Source of the DNA: an uncultured archaeon
Lineage (GTDB): Archaea; Thermoplasmatota; Thermoplasmata; Thermoplasmatales; Thermoplasmataceae
Direction of reading: 5' to 3'
DNA: 64,000 nucleotides
NCBI GenBank assembly: GCA_000965745.1
Contig: CP009479.1
Span: 416,001-480,000, forward strand
The notes below the pieces were generated by a model, which saw only the letters and a list, made by a program, of their open reading frames with translations, searched no databases and was not told where the DNA came from. The position numbers were made by a program, and so were the translations under genes. Below, piece by piece: positions 1 through 8,003 of this stretch (position 1 is the first letter of the stretch; each line of letters opens with the position of its first letter).

Positions 1-83
1 GGAACTTCAGGCATGTCAGCCTGAGGCTAGGCTCAACAACAAAGATTTTAATTACGAATATCTTGTTATGCATAGGGAAGAGC

Positions 84-401
84 ATGACGATTGAAGACTT
101 TCTTATGCCGGGTGAGGAGATTAAATATCATGGAGGCTCCAGCCTCATTTATGGTGGCAAGCCGTATGAACTGATAATAACAGACAGGAGACTCCTGCTT
201 TACGGCAGGCGCGGGATGCTTTTCAAGAAGGATGATATTGTAAGCCAGAAGGTGGAGGAGGTTCAGAATATAAAGTACTCCGAGAACGGCATAATCAGAA
301 AAGAGGGAGTTCTTCAGATTGACGCAAAAACGAGGTTCTCGCTTATAGGCCATCCAAGCCAGGTGAAGGCCATATATCAGCAGATCCTCCAGTTCTTCTG
401 A
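84..401 (+). CDS. PH-domain protein (bacterial PH/YokE/GRAM-GLUE-like fold)
   Basis: LMPGEEI...LIITDRRLLL...G.L.I pattern typical of bPH domains. ATG at 84 is preferred over the TTG at 63 because a TATA-like TTTTAATT lies at 46-53. Confidence 0.7.
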   Translation: MTIEDFLMPGEEIKYHGGSSLIYGGKPYELIITDRRLLLYGRRGMLFKKDDIVSQKVEEVQNIKYSENGIIRKEGVLQIDAKTRFSLIGHPSQVKAIYQQILQFF

Positions 402-407
402 TCAGAA

Positions 408-917
408 ATGGCGCTGAGAGATACCTACAGGAACATGGTAGTGGAGAAAGTCCAGAAAAGGGCCGGATTTTCCCTTGACCAGGGAGGTGTACCTGCAAGG
501 CAGTGGAAGAGAATATCTGAGCTTTCAGAGATTCTTCATGAAGCGGTTGTCCTGGAGCAGATGATCAGGGTTGAGGAAAAAAGAAGCAGATCTGTCTCGT
601 CCAGAATATCCTCAAGAATAAGGCCCGCCAAAGCAGAGGAGCTGAAGCAATCGCTTTCTTCACTTGAAAAGGTTAAAAGCGGGATATGGAACAAGTGCGA
701 TTCCATTGCATATGATATCGTCCGTGAGAAGGAGATGTCGGGGGCCGATTCAGTCCACGCGGTCCCCCCGGATTCCGCTGGAATCATGAGATGCCGTGCC
801 TGCGGCGGAGGTGTCTCAATACTTGCTTATGACAATTATAAATGTACGAAATGTGGTCTCGGTTACTCAGCCAGGGACTACCTGGAAATTCTGATAAAAG
901 ATGTGGAAGGAATATAA
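408..917 (+). CDS. coiled-coil protein with C-terminal zinc ribbon
   Basis: Charged helical N-terminus followed by CRAC-x13-CTKC. Starts 6 bp after the PH gene, so probably co-transcribed. Confidence 0.65.
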   Translation: MALRDTYRNMVVEKVQKRAGFSLDQGGVPARQWKRISELSEILHEAVVLEQMIRVEEKRSRSVSSRISSRIRPAKAEELKQSLSSLEKVKSGIWNKCDSIAYDIVREKEMSGADSVHAVPPDSAGIMRCRACGGGVSILAYDNYKCTKCGLGYSARDYLEILIKDVEGI

Positions 918-961
918 GAATGAGGTCCGCTGTACGGATGCTGGAAAGCGGTAGTCGTATG

Positions 962-1612
962 CTACTCCTTTTCTGATTCTTTGTTCTGCCCCAGCTTCTT
1001 GATCAGTTCATCCACCGATTCTTCATCGCCGTTCACTGTGGACGGTGCCTTTTGAGCATTTTCCTGTGAAGGAGCTGAAGAGGCTGAAACGCTAATCTTA
1101 TTCCTGATGCCGCTCAGTATGTCTTCCACCTTTTCAGGGTTCTTCTGCCCAATCTGGTCCACAGAGGAGGTTATCTGGTCAAGCTGGGAGTTCAGCCTTT
1201 CCTGTATCTGGTCTGATGACATCATTATGTTTTCTATGTTTGTGTTGATCTGTGTAAGCTGCTTGTCTGAGAGCTGACTCTTAATAAGGTCCTGAGAGCC
1301 TTCCTTTAATGAGGCCCATATGTCCTTGGTAGTTTTGGCGAATTGCAGGTTCAGGTCTATGTTGTCTAGAAATAATTTATAATCCTTAAGTCCCCTTATT
1401 GCGCTGTTAAGCATCACTATGTTAGACGCAAAAATACGTGCCTTCTGATCGTTTTCATCTTCAAGGGCCATTTTTATGTCGTCCACGTTTCTTTCCCGGT
1501 TCCTTTCATAACTTCTTATTGCCCTTTCTATTTCACTCTTCCAGCGATTCAGCTTTGATCTTCTTTCCATGATCTTTTCGTTTTCAGTTTTACCAAACTT
1601 AAAAGGCGACAT
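962..1612 (-). CDS. ESCRT-III/Snf7-family (Vps2/24/46-like, CdvB-like) protein
   Basis: N-terminal MSPFKFGKT, long basic helical hairpin with IKMALEDENDQKARIFASNIV, acidic C-terminal half ending EESVDELIKKL. Confidence 0.7.
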   Translation of the reverse strand: MSPFKFGKTENEKIMERRSKLNRWKSEIERAIRSYERNRERNVDDIKMALEDENDQKARIFASNIVMLNSAIRGLKDYKLFLDNIDLNLQFAKTTKDIWASLKEGSQDLIKSQLSDKQLTQINTNIENIMMSSDQIQERLNSQLDQITSSVDQIGQKNPEKVEDILSGIRNKISVSASSAPSQENAQKAPSTVNGDEESVDELIKKLGQNKESEKE

Positions 1613-1724
1613 TGTCAATCTACGTAGAATAACTAAGGGAATCAGATTATTAAGATTTTCCTCATTATCTCGCTATTTCGCCCTCCGATGGTTCATGCGG
1701 GGACTCAATGAATTCTGCTGAAAT

Positions 1725-1741
1725 ACTCCCTCGCAGGGAGT
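1725..1741. promoter_or_regulatory. inverted repeat ACTCCC-N5-GGGAGT next to a TATA-like element
   Basis: Perfect 6-bp inverted repeat immediately upstream of TTTATTTAA in the divergent intergenic region. Confidence 0.35.
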
Positions 1742-1776
1742 TTTTATTTAATTGTATGTTCATATACAAATAACTG

Positions 1777-2322
1777 ATGAGGCCAAGATACTGGAAGCTT
1801 GCAGTAATACTCCTTGCATTGGGGATAATCTTCACCTACGGGTGGACACAGAGTTTCCATTCGGTTAACAAGACGTACTTCACCTTCCCGAAGGACGGAA
1901 ATGGAACTGCCATTGTTGTGTTCGCAGTTTCAAACGTGAATGTGAATGGTGAATTCCAGATATCATCCAATAACGCCACAAAGTATGGAAATCCTGCCCC
2001 GGTCACGGTTGTTTTCCAGAACGGAACAAAGGAGATGGCAAATTCCACCATGTTCCTGAATCAGTATTCGCTCACTGCCAAGTTCCATTTCAAGGGAGGA
2101 CTGGGTGAGCCCGGATTCAGTTCTTCAGGAGGGATCGCAAACATAAGCATATCGAGCGGGGACCCTCTGGCAGTTGCATCAATAAGCAATATCTCTGAGA
2201 GTTTCTTTCTTCACCATCTGTCGGGGACCCTTCGGCTATACGGGTCAAACGTCAACTATTACATGATTTACATTGATTCGTACGCAACTGTGAACGTAAA
2301 AGCGGTAGGTGGGTCTTTTTGA
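1777..2322 (+). CDS. secreted/membrane-anchored hypothetical glycoprotein
   Basis: N-terminal hydrophobic segment after RPRYWK, beta-rich body with several N-x-S/T sequons. Confidence 0.7.
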   Translation: MRPRYWKLAVILLALGIIFTYGWTQSFHSVNKTYFTFPKDGNGTAIVVFAVSNVNVNGEFQISSNNATKYGNPAPVTVVFQNGTKEMANSTMFLNQYSLTAKFHFKGGLGEPGFSSSGGIANISISSGDPLAVASISNISESFFLHHLSGTLRLYGSNVNYYMIYIDSYATVNVKAVGGSF

Positions 2323-2999
2323 ATGAAAAAGAGGCAGTGGACAAGATGAGAGACCTTCAGAGTTCCATAGAAACCTCCATGGGGTACAGCAGGGCCGGAT
2401 CAAAATTCCCGGTTCTTTTTCTGTTAACCCTATGTGGAATTCTGGGAACATTGATTCTGTTCCTGGCATGGGACTTCTACAACTACTTCTCCATTTCAAC
2501 CGATTTGACTTCGGTACCAATAGGCAGTGGTTCATCCGTGAATGTTTCCGCCATAGTCCTGCTTATGTGGATCATCATTGCCGCTATATTCTACAACATA
2601 CTGGCGAGAGCATACCGTTCCACACCTACAGGAAAGTGGGATCGTGACCTAGATGAGGGGATAACCGGCATAATAAAAATAATAGAGAACGAAGACTGGG
2701 ATGAGACGCTTATGGGCCTGAGAAAGGCAAAGCTTTCATTCGTCTTCCTCGGCGTGATGCAGTTTGTTCTCTACTGGGCTCTCGCCGCAATTGTGTTTTC
2801 GCTGGTTTTTTATTTCGTTGCCGGAGCACTTTTCGGTGTCGGATACAGCAATCTGTTCATATCCGGAATCTCCGCCATAATAGTGCTTGGTCTCGGTGAC
2901 AGTTCGATCAAGAAGAGTTACAGGCAGCTATGGTACATGGATGGCCTGATAGCAGAGCTGAGGTGGTTTTATCTCGAATTCCAGGGATCAGAACTTTAA
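2319..2999 (+). CDS. integral membrane protein (about 4 TM segments)
   Basis: Four hydrophobic stretches; 4-bp overlap with the upstream gene. Confidence 0.75.
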   Translation: MNEKEAVDKMRDLQSSIETSMGYSRAGSKFPVLFLLTLCGILGTLILFLAWDFYNYFSISTDLTSVPIGSGSSVNVSAIVLLMWIIIAAIFYNILARAYRSTPTGKWDRDLDEGITGIIKIIENEDWDETLMGLRKAKLSFVFLGVMQFVLYWALAAIVFSLVFYFVAGALFGVGYSNLFISGISAIIVLGLGDSSIKKSYRQLWYMDGLIAELRWFYLEFQGSEL

Positions 3000-3261
3000 A
3001 CCTGATCTCTACGTTGTTGCGAGGATAATCAAGGCTCTGATAGATGACGGTCCCATGAAAAAGACAAGGCTCTCCACCTACGCTGAGCTTTCCTATGACA
3101 AGTTCATATCATACATGGAGTGGATGGTGAATAGAGGATTTCTGAAGGAAAGTGACGGGGAGGTGTCTGTTCTTGAAGAAGGAGTGGAGACCTACAACAG
3201 ACTTGTGGAATGGATATTGAAGTATGTGGGAAAGCTTAAGTTCAGCAGAAGAAGGTTCTAG
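2971..3261 (+). CDS. winged-helix (HTH_45-like) transcriptional regulator; start uncertain
   Basis: The open frame extends upstream of the ATG at 3055 (KPDLYVVARIIKALIDDGPMKKTRL), which supplies helix 1. Candidate ATC start 5 nt after GAGGTG. Confidence 0.65.
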   Translation: MSNSRDQNFKPDLYVVARIIKALIDDGPMKKTRLSTYAELSYDKFISYMEWMVNRGFLKESDGEVSVLEEGVETYNRLVEWILKYVGKLKFSRRRF

Positions 3262-3511
3262 CGGTCCGGGAAATGCATTGTTTTTACTCCCGCTTTTTTT
3301 TATATACCTTATTAGCCTAAATATTTGGGTTATCAGGATTTATACTTACCAATAATATGTGAAATCGACAGCTGAGGTTTCATAATTCGTCACTATGTTT
3401 CATCAGCTGAGCCAATCTAGCTGGTAGGGAGGCGTCCATTTTGTCACCTTGGGCACTCTTCCCACTCTAGTTTGGATTCCCCTTTTTATTGAACGCAACA
3501 GGTTTGATTTT

Positions 3512-4126
3512 CTATGCTGCCTGCTCTTTAATGAGATCGCAAAACCCCCTGTTCTTACTGCTTTTCTTTCTCAGGCACTTTCTTGCAACCTTCAGCAGGA
3601 AACTCTCAAATCTTCCGTAACTGACCCCGAATTCCCTATGACCTTTGCAGGCATCAATTCCTAGATATTCTGCTCCTTTCCTGACCAGCTCAGAAGGGTA
3701 TGGCTCGGCCTTTTCCCACACTCCAACCATCTCCCTGAGGAATATTCCGACAGTCACGTCACCAATGCCTTTTGCAAGGCCTTTCAGCTGTGCAACCAGA
3801 TCTCCCATTCCTGACACATCTTCGTGGATACTTGTCAGTCCACCCCTTGAGATAATGCTCTTCGACAGTTCGTCGAGTTTTGCCGCAGTCTTGAAGTCAT
3901 ATCTTGTATAGCCGCCTGAATCAAGAATGGAGACAATCCTGTCAAATCCTGCATTTGTGATTGACTCCGGAGTCGTCAGCCCTTCAGATTTGAAGAGAAA
4001 GAAGGTCCTGACCGCTATCGACTCGGTTATTCTTGCCCCGAAGAGAACAGAGAGCAGAAACCATGGAAAAGGGTCTCCTGCAAGATCAAACCCGAACCTT
4101 TCTGAATAAAGCACGGAATTTGCCAT
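3512..4126 (-). CDS. helix-hairpin-helix (HhH-GPD/endonuclease III-like superfamily) protein
   Basis: WFLLSVLFGARI, GGYTRYDFKTA and the HhH motif LKGLAKGIGDVTVGIFLRE. Confidence 0.65.
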   Translation of the reverse strand: MANSVLYSERFGFDLAGDPFPWFLLSVLFGARITESIAVRTFFLFKSEGLTTPESITNAGFDRIVSILDSGGYTRYDFKTAAKLDELSKSIISRGGLTSIHEDVSGMGDLVAQLKGLAKGIGDVTVGIFLREMVGVWEKAEPYPSELVRKGAEYLGIDACKGHREFGVSYGRFESFLLKVARKCLRKKSSKNRGFCDLIKEQAA

Positions 4127-4273
4127 TATCAGTTCCCTGTTTATCATTTCTGCTTTCATGCAAAACATGCATACCTGGTTCAAAATCTTGACTGATATGG
4201 GGAACCCCGTAATCACAGCCTTATTATCATGGAATGCTGAAAAAGCCTAAATCCAACATTCTGTTTTTATCGT

Positions 4274-4696
4274 ATGACAATTTTCATGGACGGTTTTTCT
4301 GTCAAGACGGAAAGCGAGAACCAGTTTACTGACATAACCGGGAGAATATCCGGCAGTGTGTCAAGGAGCGGTCTATCATCGGGCATTGCCAGCATATTTC
4401 TCCTTTCGACAACCTCTTCGCTGATAATATGCGAAAATGAAGGCGGCCTTCTGGAAGACATCGTCAGAAGAGCCATGTTCTTTGCCCCTGACGATATAGA
4501 ATACAGACATAACAAAGCATGGGGTGACAACAACGGCAGAAGCCACGTCAAAGCCACGCTCTACAGGCAGGACCTGACCGTTCCGGTAAGAAACGGTGAA
4601 CTACTGCTTGGCACATGGCAGAGCATCTTTCTCCTTGAGTTCGACGTAAGGCCCAGGGAAAGGAGGGTGTCAATCACCATGGTGGGAGACGTGTGA
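4274..4696 (+). CDS. yjbQ: YjbQ/UPF0047 family protein
   Basis: NGRSHVKA and LLLGTWQSIFLLEFD..PRER motifs. Confidence 0.85.
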   Translation: MTIFMDGFSVKTESENQFTDITGRISGSVSRSGLSSGIASIFLLSTTSSLIICENEGGLLEDIVRRAMFFAPDDIEYRHNKAWGDNNGRSHVKATLYRQDLTVPVRNGELLLGTWQSIFLLEFDVRPRERRVSITMVGDV

Positions 4697-4751
4697 CCGG
4701 CAGCCAGATGCTGCCAAGGGAAATATATATCTTTTCTGATGATGTTGTCTG

Positions 4752-5384
4752 GTGTTCAACCAAGAACCTTTTAGGGTATCAGATCGCCGCAGAATAAGGA
4801 ATTTTGTCAGGGAACACAGCCTTGGCCTCTTGATCAGCACGTCTGAAGATGGAAGATTGCATGCTTCAAGCATCCCTTTTCTCATCGACTCAGAATGCAC
4901 TGAGCTCAAGGGGCATATGGCACGCATGAATGAGCAGTGGAACAATCTGGATGGAAGGGATGTCCTGGTGGTGTTCCAGGGTCCAGGGCATTATATATCA
5001 CCAGAATGGTATGGCGAAGAAGCCTCGGTTCCAACCTGGAACTACGTTTCCGTTCATGTGGAAGGCAGTTTCAGGCTTGTTGAGAAAGAGGATAGAAAGA
5101 TGGCCCTTCTGGATGAGATGGTGGCGCACTACGAAGGAGGCCTTGGCAGAAGCTGGTCTGCTGATTGGGGTGACAGCAGGTATCGTTCCATGGTGGAACA
5201 CATAGCAGCATTCACCATCTCAATCGAAAAGATAGAGGGAAAATGGAAGATGAGCCAGAATCATACGGAAAATGGCATAAAAAATGTGGCCGGTGAGTTG
5301 CTGAAGGTCGGAACCCATGATGCTTCAAGAGTTTCAGGGATGATGCTTGAAAGCCTGAATAGTACTCGAGGTGAAGGTGCGTGA
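4752..5384 (+). CDS. paiB: PaiB-family FMN-binding split-barrel protein
   Basis: GHMARMNEQW, YISPEWY, VPTWNY and KWKMSQN motifs. Confidence 0.85.
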   Translation: MFNQEPFRVSDRRRIRNFVREHSLGLLISTSEDGRLHASSIPFLIDSECTELKGHMARMNEQWNNLDGRDVLVVFQGPGHYISPEWYGEEASVPTWNYVSVHVEGSFRLVEKEDRKMALLDEMVAHYEGGLGRSWSADWGDSRYRSMVEHIAAFTISIEKIEGKWKMSQNHTENGIKNVAGELLKVGTHDASRVSGMMLESLNSTRGEGA

Positions 5385-5449
5385 TCAGTTCAGCACGTAT
5401 CCGGCAAAATGAAAAGTAAATAATATGTGCATAGGAATCACGTACGCAT

Positions 5450-6214
5450 ATGTCCGTTGTCAACTTCAACATGGTTTCCAGTGGGAGCAAAGGCAACTCG
5501 ACACTAATATGGGACCGGGAAAATCTGATTCTTGTGGACTTCGGGATAACGCTGAAGAGACTCCGGGAAAGGCTCGCAGCAAACAGGATAGGCGATCTTG
5601 AGGCATCTCTCTTCATCAGCCATGAACATTCGGACCATTCGAGGGGGGCAAAGATGCTGGCGAGAAACATGCCCGTGGGCATATACACCAGGGAAGCCAC
5701 GGCCAGTGCCCTAGGCCTGAAGGATGCCTATTCAATAAGGGACTCTGTCGTTCTGGGAAATTTTGAGATAAAAGCAATCAGCGTCTCGCACGACGCGGTT
5801 GACCCCGTTGCATACAGTGTCAGGTGCGGCAGGACCATGATTTCTGTCGTGTCTGACCTTGGCCGCATGACAGATGACGTGGCAGAGAGAATAAAGGGAT
5901 CGGATATACTTGCCATAGAGGCAAACCATGATGAAAAACTGCTTATGGCAGGTTCATACCCGGAAATGCTTAAGAGGAGGATCCTCAGCAACCACGGGCA
6001 TCTGTCCAACAGGCAGACAGCAGAAAAGATAACCGGGCTGGTGAAGCCCGACACTAGGATAATACTCACGCACCTGAGCCAGGAGAATAACCGCCCGGAA
6101 ATAGCACTGAATGAGATCGGGACAGCACTTGCCGAAAGCGGTACACCGTACGGGCACCTTGAATGCGCGTCCCAGGATTCGGGAAGCTCATTTTTTTCGC
6201 TTGAGATAGATTAG
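5450..6214 (+). CDS. MBL-fold metallohydrolase (YycJ/WalJ-like)
   Basis: SGSKGN, HEHSDH, SHDA, EANHD, GHLSN and HLSQENN motifs. Confidence 0.85.
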   Translation: MSVVNFNMVSSGSKGNSTLIWDRENLILVDFGITLKRLRERLAANRIGDLEASLFISHEHSDHSRGAKMLARNMPVGIYTREATASALGLKDAYSIRDSVVLGNFEIKAISVSHDAVDPVAYSVRCGRTMISVVSDLGRMTDDVAERIKGSDILAIEANHDEKLLMAGSYPEMLKRRILSNHGHLSNRQTAEKITGLVKPDTRIILTHLSQENNRPEIALNEIGTALAESGTPYGHLECASQDSGSSFFSLEID

Positions 6215-6245
6215 GTTTTTATCATTATGTCAGTTTATCTTCCCA

Positions 6246-7124
6246 ATGGAAGGTATCGGGTTCATCGGCCTTGGCAAAATGGGTGTCCCTATCCTGAAAA
6301 ACATAATGAGGAAGCATCAGGTTCTCGGGGTATACAATAGAACTGCCACCAGGGCCCAGCCATATGCTGCCCTGGACATGAAAATATTCCGCGATCCCTG
6401 GGAGGTAGCGGCGAGGTGTGACATAATTTTCCTTATGCTGTCAGATTCGAAGGCAGTTAACGAGGTAATGCACGGAAAGAAGGGAATTCTCGGGAACCTT
6501 GGAACCGGGAAGATTGTTGTTGATCTGAGTACTATTCATCCGGATGATTCAGTGCGGATAGCAGCAGAGGTGAGAGAGAGAAATGCAGAGTTCATAGACT
6601 CCCCTGTCATAGGAAGTGTGCCTGTTGCTGAGAAGGGAGAACTGGTTACAGTTGCTGGAGGCTCCAGAGAGGCCTTTGATGCCGTTAAGCCGATTCTTGA
6701 ATCGTTCAGCAACAGGATATTCTATATGGGCCTCAACGGCTCCGGACTTAAAATGAAGCTGGTAAACAACCTTCTTATGGGGGCCAATCTCGCTGTTCTC
6801 TCTGAGTCTCTCCTTTTTGGTGAAAAGCTCGGCATTCCCAGGGAGAAACAGATAGAAATACTGTCCAGCGGCGCTGCATCATCCAAAATACTCGAACTGA
6901 AGAAAGAGCCTCTCCTGAATGAGGATTTCCTGCCCCAGTTTCTGCTTTCACATGAGTACAAGGACCTTAACTATGCACTGGACCTGGCCAGATCAAGCAG
7001 GGAGCCTGTGCCAATAAGTGGTGCTATCGTGCAGTTTTATGCAGCAGCAATGTCCATAGGCCTGGGAAACCTTGATTTCTCGTCTGTACTGAGAGCGTTC
7101 AAAGCACTGAGAGGTATGTCCTGA
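6246..7124 (+). CDS. NAD(P)-dependent beta-hydroxyacid dehydrogenase (3-hydroxyisobutyrate DH/tartronate semialdehyde reductase family)
   Basis: GFIGLGKMG, DSPVIGS and KLVNN motifs. Confidence 0.85.
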   Translation: MEGIGFIGLGKMGVPILKNIMRKHQVLGVYNRTATRAQPYAALDMKIFRDPWEVAARCDIIFLMLSDSKAVNEVMHGKKGILGNLGTGKIVVDLSTIHPDDSVRIAAEVRERNAEFIDSPVIGSVPVAEKGELVTVAGGSREAFDAVKPILESFSNRIFYMGLNGSGLKMKLVNNLLMGANLAVLSESLLFGEKLGIPREKQIEILSSGAASSKILELKKEPLLNEDFLPQFLLSHEYKDLNYALDLARSSREPVPISGAIVQFYAAAMSIGLGNLDFSSVLRAFKALRGMS

Positions 7125-7871
7125 ATGAACAATTTCGCTTCTGAAATATATGGAGTCCTCTTCATCCTGACCTGCATAATCCTGGTTTACACTTCCTACA
7201 CAGACGTGAAAAAAAGGACGATAAATTCCTTCATTTTCCTGCCTGTGATTGCCCTGGGAGCGTGGTTCAATGTTGCCAATGGTGCACCACTTTTCTTCGC
7301 GGTCATTGGAATACTGATTTTCCTGGCAACTTACCTGAACACCAGCCTTGTGATTTACCCGATCATCGGAGTGGCGTTCCTGGCTGTCTCGCTTTATTAC
7401 ATTGCGGGCGGAGAGTTCGCCTACGGGTTTACATCCCTTGTAATGTCCCTGATGTTCCTGATAGGTTTCCAGGAGAGGCTATTCGGCATAGGGGACGTCA
7501 AGGCAATGGTGGCCCTCTTCTTCTCGTTCACCGAATTCCCCTTCACCACTCCCTTAATCACGCCAATCCAGATTGAGCTGGCCAAGGTAATGCCGTTATC
7601 AATCGTTATGCTGTTCAACATAGCGATTGTGTCACTGTTCTTCATTCCGTACCTGGTTATTCTGAACAGGAGAAAAGGGAGTTCCATAGGCCTGCATTCA
7701 GTGACTTCGGTTGATTACGATGAGAAGACTTACTCGCGGAACATGGCCAAGTTCAGTCTCATGGATACCCCCTCCGGAAAGGTAATGGTCTACAAAACCC
7801 CATTCATGATTTCCGTTTCCGTCGGGTTCATCATCACGATGCTGGCAGGATTCTGGTTCGTGCTGCTTTGA
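7125..7871 (+). CDS. A24-family prepilin/preflagellin peptidase (PibD/FlaK-like)
   Basis: SYTDVKKR and GIGDVK catalytic Asp motifs, C-terminal TPFMI, polytopic membrane protein. Confidence 0.75.
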   Translation: MNNFASEIYGVLFILTCIILVYTSYTDVKKRTINSFIFLPVIALGAWFNVANGAPLFFAVIGILIFLATYLNTSLVIYPIIGVAFLAVSLYYIAGGEFAYGFTSLVMSLMFLIGFQERLFGIGDVKAMVALFFSFTEFPFTTPLITPIQIELAKVMPLSIVMLFNIAIVSLFFIPYLVILNRRKGSSIGLHSVTSVDYDEKTYSRNMAKFSLMDTPSGKVMVYKTPFMISVSVGFIITMLAGFWFVLL

Positions 7872-8003
7872 GCTGTAAGGGCAACGACAATTTGGGGCAT
7901 GATTTGCTGCCTGCAGCGTAAGGACAAAGTCTGTCCCCGACACAAATTCCACATGAATCGTTAGTGTTATTTAATTTCCTGTCACTATAGGGATGCGGTC
8001 GTT

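Noticed and set aside
2995-3001. TTTAAAC, the classic -1 slippery heptamer
   Set aside because: It is not in the X XXY YYZ register of the upstream ORF (which reads CTT TAA), and the wHTH frame is +1, not -1.
3365-3412. CTGATGA...GAAA on the minus strand, resembling a hammerhead core or C box
   Set aside because: There is no proper stem II closing pair or stems I/III, and no correctly spaced D box.
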